Source: Vezdaea acicularis (Eukaryota). From it: a stretch of DNA of 64,000 bases. The translations under genes and the position numbers were made by a program. The stretch covers positions 186,001 through 250,000 of the forward strand of contig JAPEUI010000001.1 in assembly GCA_026025075.1 (NCBI GenBank). The letters run 5' to 3'. The notes under the pieces are model-generated. The model was not told the origin of the DNA and searched no databases. It saw only the letters and a program-made list of their open reading frames with translations. Positions 10,528 through 24,428 of the stretch are shown here, in pieces (the stretch's first letter is position 1; each line of letters begins with the position of its first letter).

Positions 10528-13500
10528 ATGTCGTTTGAAACGAGAGTCTTCGAGAATGGCGCGTGGGTAACTCGCGTGGTTGGCCTACAAGAAGCAGTAG
10601 AAGCCAACAGACGAAGAGAAGAGGCAAAGGCAAAGCTTCAGGCCCCTAAGCCCAAGCCAAGAGAAGTGCCTCCGTCGATAGGAATTCTCACTAGGACGCT
10701 TGTACAAAGTCCTGTCATTCGCTGGATCATTCCAGCACGAATACGCAACAAGGATAAGAATGATGTAATTTTCATTGGAGTAAGGACCAAACCGATTCTC
10801 ACAATTGACGTCGTACTTTGTGCTTACTCTTGGACTATTGGTTAGACCGATTTTATACATGTAAAGGAGCTGCAGTCAGATGGGAGCCTCAAACATATAA
10901 CTACTAGGTCCGACTTCGGTGGTTCTATCAAGCAAGCCAAAGTCTTTGGCACACCAAGAAAACCAGTCGTGACAACAGTCGAGCCAATATTCAAGGTCGA
11001 AGATGAAGATAGTGACGGCATGTGGGCGCTGCAACATCCCGACAGTCCATTACCAGGAGACAATGACAATCTCTCCATTTTGCCTCCGCAGATTCTGGTT
11101 CTCACACTCACCACGGAAAAGCTGATATTCCTGTTCCTTCGCGAAACTATAGAGGAGAACGCTAGAAATATGAGCCCTCTGGACGATGTTTCGCCCCATG
11201 TTGCCCAGGAGTATGTGCGTAAGAAGGATTCTGTCAGGTTTCGGTTTGTTTCTGCCCAGATAAACTTCCCTACGAATCTGGAGTACACGGAGAAACTCGG
11301 CACTTTCATGACTGTAGATCCAAGGTTCGTTACTACTCCTAGGCAATGAGAACTTATAACGACGAATACATTGAGATTCTAAGAGCTGACAGTTTTTCCT
11401 CGCCGATGAAGATCTCGGGCGCTCGCCGTTTCGGCTCATGAGCAGGCAATTGTAGTGTACGCACTGAAGACGATGCAAACAATAAGGGAAAATCTCCAGG
11501 ACGCAGATGGGAGGGAACGCGATCAGTTTGACCCCATAAATCAAGTCAGTCATTATCTAGCGCAAGCAAGTACGTTTACTGATGAATTTAATTCTTAAGA
11601 GCCGGATCTTATTTGTCAAAGGCGACATTCTCAAGCTGGAGTTTCTGCACTCTTGTCCAGACAATGAAGAAACTCTCATTCTTCTCGTAATCACCGTGCA
11701 GTACGTTCTCGCTCCTCCTTTTAAAGAAGTTCAATCCAGTATATCGATCTATACTTCTGCCTCTCGTCTACTCAGAAGTGGCTCCTTCTTGCTTATGGCC
11801 CCCAATCTTTCATATATCTGTCACCCCTCACTGCATGAAACTTGGCCTAATTTTGGTGTAATCGTTTAGTGAAGGGAAAACCAGGTTTATTGCTTGGGCA
11901 TGGGATAGCTCTCAGCCACTAGAGAAAATGAGAAGCCACCTCGGGAACGGCGTTCGTATCTTTGAAGGTAACATACGACGAAAGGATACTGGACCTAACC
12001 GAGCTAACGTTTCACAGACGATACTTCCCCTCTCCTCTTAGTCCCATTGAGGTTTCGCTCAGCTTTTCTCACTGTGTCACGTCGATCACTGACTGTCTGG
12101 ACGGGAATAAATGATCGTGGCTTGACCAAGCGACTTACAATCTCGTTAAAAGATCAACGGGAGAGTAACGAGACAGGTACTACCCAAAGCGTCACTAAAG
12201 GTATGTTATGGACACTTTCGCCACCACAAGCTGTTTGTGGTGTGAGAGCGATACGACCATGGGAGGAATAAGCTAATTAGAACAGAACTATTATGGGTTT
12301 CGTGGGTTCGGCCGGTTAGGTCACAGCATCGTTCAAAGCGCCATGATGACCTCTACTTTGCTCGAGAAGATGGAAAGATCATTTTCGTTGAGATCAGCAA
12401 AGAAGACGACATCGTCATATCTTCTAAAATGGATGCTGGCCATCTGAATTGCTCTATCGACACCGCCCTCGCATGCCTAGATCTTGGGCTTGATTACCCT
12501 GACTTTCTCTGCACAGGAGGTGACATGAGCACGGGCGGCCTCTTTCAGGTACGCGCTCGTAAGCATCCTGAAACTGTAGCACTTATTCCCAATTGGTCTC
12601 CTGTTCTTGACTTAGCATCTGTACCAAGTCTGCCGGACGTTGTGGGGCATTCACAGCTAACGAGGCCTTGGAATGCGCCTATGACAAGTTTTATGTTGGA
12701 CAGCGCCAGCGGCAACGATAGCGGGTTTGAATATACGAAACACAACGGACAACGGAAGGGCAAAGGCTCAGCTACGGCTTGTGACGAGATCGATGAATCT
12801 ACCCAAAATACGACCCTGAATGATAGGCTAGACCCAGCGGCTGAGCTGATCTATCCCCAATACGACCGAATATTCGTTTGTACGGGCCGTGAGCCCTATG
12901 GCGGAATTGCAGAACTACGTAACGGCCTAGAATGTGGTGTGACAGAAATAAGTGAGACCGACATGGAGATAACAAGGATCTGGGCTGTGGCAGACCTTGG
13001 CGGGAGAGGAATATTTATCTTAGCCTCGTCACGCGATATTTCCAAGCTCATTTTCCATTCTTACACATCCGATATCTTCGGCGCATCTGACGACGGGTTG
13101 CAGGTGGAAGATCTGCATGATCAGAGCCATGGCCTCTGCTTGGACAAGCCTACACTAGCCGTGGGGATCATTCATTCTTTAACGGTCCAAGTAACAGCGC
13201 AGAAAATCTCGCTAGCAAGCCTACGTCGTTCTACTATTTCCCCAGTTGTGGATGATATCGAGGGAATAGATAGATATATCAGGCGGTTCGAGATTCCAAC
13301 CAAAATACAATTACCAAGCAGCAATGGGTCAAATGGCTGTGGCTTGTTGGACTGGTCGGCTTCGTTGTCTGCCTTCAGCTCTACTGGCGACTCAACCCCT
13401 TCCATAAAAGCATGTTATGACTGCGGTGATTCTAGGAGAATTGTTATCGCCGCGGTTCACTCACGGTCGAATTCAATTATATCCATAATCAAAGAAGGGG

Positions 13501-15943
13501 GAATAGCAAAGCTTTGTCTATTTCGTCTACAGATTCTTGCGGAGTGAGTGAAGCACTATGAATATGAAGAACAACGAAGAACAGTCCGGCTAACTGTATC
13601 CTAGTACCTGTTTGCTCCATATGGTCATCGATCCAATCAAACTTCCAGAGGAGCCCATAAGCCTGGCTACTGTCGACTCTGCACTAGTGCCTGGGGTATT
13701 TCTAGGATATCATGGCTGTGCTGCCCAGCTATTCGGTTTCGATGCCGAATCCCATTTCAAGATGATTAGCCCAGGCCTTTTAGCAGCCCCAGAGATCCCC
13801 GAAGCAGTTCCACAGACCTTTGAGTCACTCGCGATAATAAGAGACAATAGGACGGGGAACAGGATTTTGCTTTTCGGGACTAGAAACGGACATTTAACTG
13901 TCAGAGAGTGGGAGGTAGATCAGGAAAGCCCGTCTCCTACCATCCTGCTTGATTATGTGCTGGGTCAAACTCCAGTCTTTGTTGAAAGAGATTCCTCGCA
14001 TGCAGATGCAGCTTTTGCATCATGCGGAAGTTGCTTTTTCAGAGTTAATTCTGATCACACGAAGCCAAAGTCTGTGGGGATAGTTCGAGTCTGGCATACC
14101 GATGGTGAGTCTTTGAAGGATAAGGTTTGGATGGTGCTGACCTGTCTCACCAGTATCGCAACCAGGATTTCTAGTTGAAAATATTTCAGCCTTTACCAGG
14201 GTTGGAGAATTAGAAGGAATAAGGGAAGAGTTCTCAAGCGATGACCATGGGACGCTCATTTGTGCCTCCCAAGGAATGATTGTTGTTGGAAGACTGGACC
14301 TTACGCCCAAGACAGTGCCCCGTCAGATCCCAATGGGCGGTGTGGTAGAAGCAAGTGGAGAATACGATGAAACGGACGATCCAGCAGCTCCGAACATAAT
14401 CGGGACTCCCCAAAGAATTATCTACTCAAAATTTCATGAGGCACTCATTGTGGCCTACATGTGGTCAGGAACCCACCTGCAACAACAACGCTCATCATTG
14501 AAAGTCTTCGATCCAGACTCGTGAGTAGAAAACCCCCGCAAGGATTCTGCAGAAAACGTTAACCACTTGGTTTAGGGGGGAGCAGCTTTCAGAGGACTAC
14601 GAAATCAATCAGACAGGACTTGACGATTGGAAATCTGCAGCTCAACCTAAAGCAAGCTTTGGAAGACCCAACACGCGGATTTCTGCGCTTCTAGGTAAGT
14701 ATTGCGGCAAATTTAAACTTGACTTGGAGGTACTGAGTATTTTACGAAGAATGCGATTTCATTGTCGGACATAAACGCCATGTCATCCTTATTGTGGCCG
14801 AAAACTCGTTATTGTACCAGAAGAACTCGTCCAGTCGCCTAATCTTTCTCAAAATGAAAAGGATGGCTTGGGGAAAGATCGAAGTCCAGCAGAAACACGA
14901 AGTGGCTTTCAGTGAACCTATCTGGTCAATGGCCATGTCTGGGTCGGAGTCAGTATACCGGACATTCGCCCGTCCGCTCATCTGTTACCTACATGCTCAC
15001 AAGTACTAGCTCTATTGTCATCACTCATGGAACAAAAGTCTCCATTCTCCAAATGATACTAGAGGGAGAAAGGGGAGTACACTGTCCTAGTCAAATAGCG
15101 CAGTATAATGCTAATTCTAGCAGAATGTTTAAAATCTCCCTTTCCTTTCCGTCCGAGCTTCACTCAGAGGGCTTATTTGTGTCGGCTCTTGACAAGTCGG
15201 TTTATGTCTCAACGGCCAGCGAGTCGTTGCAAGTCTTTAATTTGAGCAATGCCTTTTTCGAAGAAGTCTTCAATGACAGTGAAGCCCGCTCTGCGCAGCA
15301 TCACGTTAACCTATCGCACACGATCACATTATTAGCTGACAAGGAAGGAAGAATCAGCGGGCATTGGCATGGTGAAAGTAATGCTTACTACTTGCAAGCT
15401 CCTGCTCAGCCGCTAATATTCTCAGATTCGCCTAAGAAAGGAGTCATGGTGAGGCTATTCGAGGCTCGAATGCCTCGAATGGTCGTCCGTCTCTACAAGT
15501 TCGCTCACGGTACGCCATGGCAGCCCCAAATCGCCCCAACAACAACACACGTCCTTGCTACCTGCCTCGATGGCACGGTTTACGACTGCCAAATTCTCCC
15601 CGAAAATGAGATGCGGCTCCTCTACTTCATCCAGCGCCTCGCTATGTCATCGCGCAGAGTGTCTCCCTTCGATCCCATCACGCTGGACACGGTGGACGTT
15701 GACATTGTCACCGGCTTCCATGGTCACGTCGACTGCGACATTCTGCAACGCCTGGTAGAAGTGGGTGAGCAGGAACTTGGGGATCTGCTCATGCTCCGGC
15801 CGCTTGCTGTGGAGGCAAGTATTGAGGATAGATTGAAGCAGTTCAAGGACTTGTGTAATCTGGTGCTTGAGGAGGTTCTGGAGGAGAATTTGGTGGTGAG
15901 AGCATTTGAGTTCGTAAAGGAGAGGCTAGATGTTGCATTATAA
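10528..15943 (+). CDS. MMS1/DDB1/RSE1-like multi-beta-propeller protein (MMS1_N-domain family), ~12-13 exons
   Basis: MSFETRVFENGAWVTR..GILTRTLVQSPVIRWIIPARIR..NDVIFIG, DPR|SRALAVSAHE, IPNWSPVLD, DRIFVCTGREPYGGIAELRNGLE and C-terminal HVDCDILQR. Multiple canonical introns link the ORF-track fragments. Confidence 0.8.
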
Positions 15944-16718
15944 GGAGTTGGGGAATCGAGATGTGAATCGTAGAGAACCATGTAGGGAGATTTGCACGGT
16001 GGATTGCTGAATATATTTTACGCGACGACAGACCCCCTTTTCGAAGGTCTCGAGAACTACATTGCGAGCTGAATTAGAACTGCTGAGCGGCGGAATAGCA
16101 CAAGCTACGTCCTCATTCCTGCTAACTACTCATATCTCACATACGGCTCAACGAGGGAGATGGTAGCGAGTTGCTACATTTTACTGTGAAGTGAGTGAAA
16201 TTCTGCTTAAGTTGATAATAAAAGGGTGAGGATTCTGCCTTCGTTTTTCTCAACGTAGGCTGTATTGATGATCTCCATGATGGGCAAACACAACAGTGGA
16301 CGAAACATACTTAGAACATGCAACCTAGAATTCTCTTACCTTTAAACAAGTGCTTTGAATTCTAATGTGACTAAGTGGTCGTCGAGGTCAATTCAGCGCT
16401 AAGGGCTCTAGTGGCCCACCGAGAATTAGTACGGCAGACGTGACGCATGCAGGGAGCCGCTTTCGCGGAACAGCGGTCCCTTAAGAACCTCCAGCCGGAG
16501 ATATTACCTCCTAACGAGCAAGAAACCCGAGTAACCCCTCCAGCACGCGAACCTTCCCTCGATATTGGCGGATGGAGGAGTGATGCAGGCCCGATACAAG
16601 GATCGCAGAAAGTCCACATCTCCAGGCCGAGCACCTCCATCGTCCCCGAGAAAGCCCAGCATCCCTACCGTGCTGCTACGATCCACCACCTCGCGCCTCC
16701 TCGCTCGATGCGACCACC

Positions 16719-19700
16719 ATGAATAACGGCGATCCACATGGACGCTTGCGCGTCCCGCAGGCTTCGGCTGGCGCGAGGTCCAGGACGAATACGGATCCGC
16801 CGCGCTCGGCGAATAGTGCGGCGGCCGCGGCGAATATGAGTCGGGCGGAGCGGTTCGAGGACGAGAAGAGGAGGATTGTGGAAAGCTGTTTTGGAAAGAA
16901 GGATTCGGAGGGGAATTGTACGTCGCTGTTTTACTTCCCAGCGGGTTGATTCCCATTCTCCCCTCTCTACAGCTGGCATGACAATTGAAGTCTCGCAGCT
17001 TGGCACGGAGTATGCTGGTGGTGGGAAGCAATTGGCATATACCTATTCTACACGCTTACTTAGGGTTCTGCGGAGACGATCGGGCTATTATGAGGAAAGG
17101 CTGACTGTATGAAATTGATCTAGTGCTCGAATCTTATATTACACATATTCGGATTGTGGAAGATGCGCAACATCCTTCTACCCCTCCACCACCTGAGTCA
17201 GGTCCCGAGAACAAGAAGCCACGCCTTATCATTGTTGCTGTACGGAAGTCAGGGCGAGTCCGCATGCATAAGGCGCGAGAGAACAATAATGCGACCTTTT
17301 CAATTGGGAAGACATGGGTCCTGGACGATCTCACATCGATTCAATCCTACGTTGGATCCACTCCTACAACACCTGAAGAAGAGAGGTTTAGGGATTGGGC
17401 GGGAGGCGTTGGCTTTACCGTTAATATCGGAAAGCCGTACTTCTGGCAAGCAAGCACAACTAAAGAGAAGGAATTCTTCATCGGCAGTTTAGTCAAGATA
17501 TTCCGAAAATATACTGGGGGAAAGCTGCCTGAGCTTGTGGGCTTCGACGCTAGAGAGATGGAGCAGCTTACCAACGGTCCATCTCCTGCTCGCCCAACTA
17601 CATCCGACTCTACCCAGCGGACCCCATCATCGCAAATGCCACCTTCTACTGGAGCTCCTATACCACCGAAGAGTCTTGCTAGGACTGCAAGTATAGAAGC
17701 AAGAATGAGAGCATCAGAAGGAAGGGGAGCACCAGACTCTGTGGCATCGAGCCCAAGAACTCCTGCAAACGTCTCGGCAATGAGTCCACCCCCTTTGACC
17801 TCACAAACCTCTAGAGGACAGCTCCGAAATGGTTCGTTTACAGGTAGCTCACAGGTTCGGGATATGTCACAGGAAGGCAGACCAGGAAGGCCGTCAGTAG
17901 GCTCTGATACGAGCAGACTACGCCAGAACAGTAACATTGATAGCCGATCGTCATCGTCGAACGCACGACCGAAGACTCCGGAAAGCAATTATGCTTCTCC
18001 TATCCCTAGAAACGATACCCCGCCCCGCACAGGTTTACTAGCGTCGCCGCCCGAGCGCAAACGGCCTACATTCCCTGGGAAGGAAGGAAGCAGCGATAGC
18101 TTTATGCGTGACGGGAATAGTGAAAGATCATTCAGCTCCTCAAATAACGTAGATGCTCGAAACGGCGACATTCATGGTCAACCTCAGCTTGGTCAGCGCA
18201 TGGGTCGAGATGAGCCTGCTGGTACAGGCTATCCACCCAGGGCCTTCGATAAAAACCTAGACCGTGCCAGGACTGGCACTCCAGAGACATTAGACAGTGC
18301 CTCCTTCAAGTCAGCGAAGAGCAAGGATGATGTTTCTTACTCTCCATCGGTACCTACGCCGCCCTCAGAACCTGTAAATGGCGTGAAGGAGGAGGAAACA
18401 AATCGAGCAGCCTTTGAGCCTGTAGTAGCTAAGAAGTCTAACAAAGATATCGCGAAAGCATTCAGAAAGGCGGCTACAGCTTATAATGCTTTCAGGCCCA
18501 AAGGAGCAGTTGCTGCTGAAGCGCAGGCAGAGGAGAAGAGCAAACCCGAAGCGACGGTAAATGGAAACTTGAATGGCGCGAAGGAAGTCAGCCAAAACAT
18601 CATACCCGATCAACCATCGAGTAGAGCTGAAACGCCCAAGCCGGTCAATGAAGTTCCTGAGGTCAAGATTACAAGAGCGGCAACCGACCTTGCAGAAAGT
18701 GGGGCAGGTGAGGCCTCTCAGGCTCCGCCAGAGCACAGACGAGGAGAAAGTCAGGGTAAAGCAAATGGAGCTTCTCAAAAAGCTATGGAAGTACGTCGGC
18801 AACGACGGAGATCGGGTATTTCAGCAAAGCAAATAGCAGCTCTAGGAATCGACCCTGCCTTACTCGAAGGGAGAAGTATGGACTTCGAGTCAATCCTGAG
18901 TGAGTTCGGCTGGGAGGGAGAAGGTGTACACAAGAAAAAGGTCGACTTGCTTCAATCAGAAATCAAGAGGGAGCTTGGAAGAGTTGAGGCGGGCAGCTGG
19001 CTGGGGCACCTCGAACAGAAAGATGAGCGAGTTGGAATAGTTGAGACGATGCTTGACAAAGCGATAGCTGAATGCGAAGAGCTGGAAGGCTTACTAACAT
19101 TATATAGCGTTGAGCTCAGCGTATGTGGATTCTGCAGCCCAAACTTTTTAATCCCTTTTTGCTAACTCATCATAGACTCTCAACGATGATGTCGCCTTCA
19201 TTGAGGCTCAATCGCAAGGCTTACAAGTACAGACAGCCAACCAGAAGCTTCTACATACTGAGCTTGAGAATCTCTTGAGAACGATCTCGATTCCGTCTTC
19301 AAAGCTACAGAGTTTGAGGGATGCCTCGCTTGAATCTTCGAACGGTTTAGAGATAATTGAGGCCTCGCTAGCTTTACTTTATAAAGCCATGGTCACAATC
19401 GATCCGTCCCTACGTCAAGGCTCTGACGTTTCCATTCGACCGAGCGAAGATGGAAGCATAAACTCAAGAAGCTTTGGAGGATATGCCAACAGCGAGGTTG
19501 GCAGCATGAGGGCGCTTCGAGAAAGAAAGGACGGATACCGAAACGAGAGCATCTCATTCCTACGCCGGGTCAAGCAATTCATGAGCGTCAAATTCCAGTC
19601 TGCTATTGCAGATAGTGTGAGAGCCATTGAACGGGATAGAGATGGACAGCTCACGAAGCGGCCCGGCGATGCGAAGATCAAACCCGAGAACCACGATCTT

Positions 19701-21380
19701 GCGCGTGAACAGCTTTGGCGATATAGCCCCCTCATGCTTTTCTGCCGCGAAGTCGACATATTAGAATGGGAGGATATGCTGAGGGCCTATGAGCGCTCGG
19801 CAAAATCTATGTACCAAGAAGAGTTCCGAGAGCATGTCTTTGCCTGCAAGCGAGCGGCAAGGAAACCTTCAGGTGAGGAGCAAGAGCTGCTTTTCACAGC
19901 GGCAGAAAAGGAATCGGAAGGTCTGGCCACAACAGCAAGGAAGCTCACAGTCAAGCGAAGCCAGACACTCGCGAAGACGCTTCGCTCGACTCAAGCAGAT
20001 GGAGAAGGGAAGAAAGCCGGTGAGAGAAGCCAAGGTGGCACCTTGTACGCTTACGAGGCTTTCAATGCGGTACTCGACGGCGTTGTGCCTATCACCTTTA
20101 TGGAGCAGAACTTTGTTGTTGAGTTCTTCCATGCGTCGTCTATAGAGTCTAGCGACTTCACCGATGCCATTGCCATCCCACCAACAGCCCGGAAAGGAAG
20201 GGACTTGAGAGTCAGAAAGCTCTTCGATCCTGACAGGACACTGGCTAAGAGGGTTCTTGATGTTATGGACGAGATGTTCAACTTTCTCCCAAGCGACTTG
20301 CAGAACCTCGTGGAGTGGGCTATCAAGGCCGATCCTCTGTAAGTGCATGCTCTAAAAGCAGATTCACGGGTACTAATCAATTCCTAGACAAGGCGTTGGT
20401 GTCCTCCAGGCATTAGAAAGAAAAATGGCCGAGCTTGACGAGACTAATCAAGAGTTCCTCACTCGCAACCTATCAAAGGTCCACGATCGCTTGGTCGGTC
20501 TATTTCAACGCTTCCTCGATGACCAAATCCGCGCGATAGAGGAGACAAAAGTCAAGATCAAGAAACGGAAAGGTGTCATCGCTTTCATGAAGACGTTCCC
20601 GCATTTCTCTATGGCCATCGAGAACATGCTTTCCTCGACCGATGTGTCGGAGAACTTGGACATACGCGAGATGATCAACGGTGCCTATGATCGGATCATC
20701 AAGGCTATGTTCGAGTCTCTCCAAACAATTGCTAAAGATAGTCCGACGGCGGCAGGCGGTGGGCAAAGCGCAGGTCAAGGCCTTGGCGACCCTGAAGATA
20801 AGGAGGCTCTGAATTACCACATCTTACTCATTGAGAACATGAACCACTACCTCGAGGAGGTGGACACCAAGCTAAATCCAGTCCTTGAAGAATGGGAGGA
20901 TAAGGCTGCGGCCGAGATGATGGAGCACATGGATTTGTATCTCGGTGCAGTAATACGGAGACCGCTCGGGAAGCTATTGGTAGGTTCGATCTTTTTCCCT
21001 TTGCATCTTCATTTAAACTAATGAGCTTCTAGGATTTCATCGAGTCCACAGAATCACAGCTCTCCACGCACTTAAACCCATCGGAGATACCCACACGCGC
21101 GTCACACTCACGATCAACATTCAAGAAACTTCTCGGAACCTACGACGGAAAGGAGATCCGACGAGGGATCGAGACGCTCAAGAAGCGAGTAGAGAAGCAC
21201 TTCGGAGACGCGGACGATCCCGGCCTGAGCAGGGGCCTGGTCAGCAAGGTCCTCAAGGAGTGCGAGAAGAAGTACGTCGAGATCCAGGAACGGTCGAAGA
21301 AGATCATCGACGAGGTCTACGAGGGCGGGCTCGAGCTCGGTTGGGGCCGGGAGGATATCGCGGCTGCGTTTAGGAAGTGA
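16719..21380 (+). CDS. SEC3: Exocyst complex component Sec3
   Basis: N-terminal PH-like region (SRAERFEDEKRRIVESCF..YITHIRIVED..RVRMHKAREN..IGKTWVLDDL), coiled coil ELS|TLNDDVAFIEAQSQGLQVQTANQKLL, and C-terminal ALNYHILLIENMNHY and KRVEKHFGDADDP. Stop at 21378-21380; 5 exons. Confidence 0.95.
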
Positions 21381-22099
21381 AGGGCTTGTGCTTGCACAAT
21401 TGAGAGGAAATAAACTACGTGTAGATATACGGGAGAATGGGCGTTTAAATCTGTCGGCGCGGGCATAACTGTTTGCGGCGCTTGGGATCAATGGTCCATG
21501 ATGGAGACCGTTTTTCTGCTGCACTGTACAAATATAGGTTGTGCAAGAACTCAAATGCAAATCTCGACGTCATTAAGTCGATTGAACATGTCACTGCAAA
21601 AATCGCCTCATCCCTCGCCATGAGGGCATTATTATCGACGTTGTATACCTCGAGGCTTGAGCGTGAACTCATCCCATATGATTTCAGGACTTTCTCGCTA
21701 CCTTAGTGGGTTCTTGTTGCTCGGGTCGCATCACTCAAGCATCAAGCCCGTGTTCTTGGCGAACGGAAGTCCCTGGAGCCGAGGCCGTGACATGCTCTGA
21801 TTGATTCGCCAATCGAGTTGTCGCGGCAGCCGAGAAATTTAGAGCCAACCCGTACCCTGAACCTTTTCCCGGCCGGCGAAAACACCCCCCCCCGGAATAC
21901 GACCATTTTCCTACGGAGCACTGGCAAGGGAGTTGTGGGCACTATAATTTCTTCTCCGCTGGATCCCGGGCCTTCCCTCTTCGCCCTCCTCCCATTTCAA
22001 AAGTTCCCCCGTACTTATTTGAAGCGTTGGTCCCAAAGAAACTTCTAAAGTAGTTTTCTCAACAGTTCTCAGGAGCATAGTACCTTCACCTCTTGAGGA

Positions 22100-23869
22100 A
22101 TGGACGCCAGGTCCAATGCGACCTTTGCGTCGCCGGCGGCGAGCGCGAACTACATCGAGGCTTTGCAGACCGATAATGGGCTGCTCGTTCAAGCGCTCAA
22201 TGGCTTGAATGGCTGGACCGCTGCTCTTACGCTGTTGCTGGTACTTGTAGCTTATGATCAATGTGAGTACAGCCAAAAGGGCAATCTGTCCTTGGCCTTC
22301 GAAGAATGATAGAAAAGTCCACTAAACCATTATGATAGTCAAATATGTCTGGAACAAGGGTACTATTGCGGGTCCGATGTTCAAAATCCCATTCATGGGC
22401 CCCTTCCTCGAGTCGGTGAACCCTGATATGGACAAATACATGGCGAAGTGGGCGAGTGGAGACTTGAGCTGCGTCTCAGTCTTCCATAAATTCGTGGTCA
22501 TCGCCTCTACTCGTGACATGGCCCGGAAAGCCTTCAACTCGCCCGCCTTCGCAAGACCATGCGTCGTGGATGTTGCACAAAAGCTACTTCGACCAACAAA
22601 CTGGGTATTCCTAGATGGAAAGGCGCATATCGAATTCCGGAAAGGGTTAAACGGGCTCTTCACGAAGAAGGCGTTGGAGATATATCTTCCTGGACAAGAG
22701 GAGGTCTTTGATAAATATTTTCAGAAGTTTATCGAAATTTCGAAAGAGAACGACATGAAAGCCAAGCCTTTCATGCCCATGTTCCGGGAGCTAAATTGCG
22801 CCATTTCCTGTCGAACATTCGTGGGGCATTATATGTCGGAAGCGGCGGTAAAGAAGATCGCGGATGACTACTATCTGATCACATCTGCGCTGGAACTCGT
22901 CAACTTTCCGATTATCATTCCGTTCACTAAGACTTGGCGGGGAAAGAAGGCCTCGGATATGGTCCTCATCGAATTTGCAAAGTGTGCTGCAAAGTCGAAG
23001 GTTCGGATGCGGGCTGGAGGCGATGTCACTTGTATTATGGATGGCTGGATCAAGTCGATGATCGAGTCTGAGGAGTATCGGGCGAAGATTGCTAGGGGAG
23101 AGCCTGCCGAGAAACCAGTCAACCTCCTCCGCGAATTCTCGGACTATGAAATCTCCCAAACTATCTTCACGTTCCTCTTTGCATCTCAGGACGCTTCGAG
23201 CAGTGCCACCACTTGGCTTTTCCAGCTTATGGCGGACCGACCCGAGATTCTTGCTAGAATGCGCCAAGAGCAATTGGAGGTCCGAGACGGCGATAAGAAT
23301 GCACAGGTGACTACGGATATGTTGGATAAGATGACCTATACAAAGGCGTGCGTCAAGGAGATATTGAGGTACAGGCCACCAGTTATCATGGTCCCGTATG
23401 AGGTGAAAAAGGACTTCCCAATCACCGATACCTATACAGCTCCTAAAGGTAGGTTATTATAGCTTTCTTCTGAGGAAAGGCATCCTGGTTAATTTAAGTA
23501 GGTTCTATGGTTGTACCAACAGTCTACCCGGCCCTACACGATCCCGAGGCATATCCAGAGCCCGAAACATATGATCCCGATCGGTGGATCACCGGAGATG
23601 CCGAAAAAGCTGTAAAGAATTGGCTTGTCTTCGGCACCGGGGTACATTACTGCCTAGGCCAGATCTACGCCCAATACAACTTAATGGCCCTGATTGGAAA
23701 GGCGTCGCTGCATCTCGACTGGACCCACGAGCCAACAGAACTTTCAGAGAAAATAAAGATCTTTGCTACCATTTTCCCGCAGGTAAGTTGATAAAAGTCT
23801 TTGAGGGTGAAGCGTTTCGCTAATTATAACAAGGATGACTGTCGACTTGTGTTTTCTAAACGGGCATAG
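22100..23869 (+). CDS. ERG5: C-22 sterol desaturase, cytochrome P450 CYP61
   Basis: [27 protein letters not shown], ExxR (EILRYRPP) and heme motif [10 protein letters not shown]. Three introns (approx. 22263-22338, 23449-23501, 23783-23833). Confidence 0.97.
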
Positions 23870-24428
23870 TTCTTCAGTTTCTTTCTCCTTTCTCCTTCTT
23901 GATGTACAGAGATCCCATCCATAGATACTAGACGATAGGAGGATCCGGTTAGGGCATCGTGTCAGCCCTTTTTGCCTAGGCTGGGGGCTTTTCTTGCCTC
24001 GTATATAGGGGCTTTCTCGACAAAGAAATAATAATGTTTACTCCACTTGTCGTCCCTTTGCATGGTGATTTGATAGAAATTCTATCAAAATGCGCACAAA
24101 GACGAGTGGATTATTGCAACCGTCAGCCCACTTTTGCTCGACCAAACCTGCTCATAAGACATCTGGCACGAGCTCCCGGAAGCTTTCCGAACGCACTGCT
24201 AAATGGATCCCATCGTTTTTCCATGATTAACGGCAGATTCTGGTATCTGAAGGGGCGTGGCTTGAGTGCTGTGTCCAGCCTTTGCCATCATCAATTATAG
24301 TCTCAGGTAGGTTAAGCGTCGCGTAAACCGTTTGATAGACTCAGACGAGTTTTGCTTCGCCCTGTTTTGCGTATGTAACGACTTTCGGGCAGCCGCCTCG
24401 GCTGCAACGGAGAAAGTGTGACGTCTAT

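Noticed and set aside
21868..21897. CGG...CCG arrangement upstream of ERG5 as an AtrR-type element
   Set aside because: Spacings are 15 or 19 nt across a poly-C run, not a spacing I can tie to a known site.
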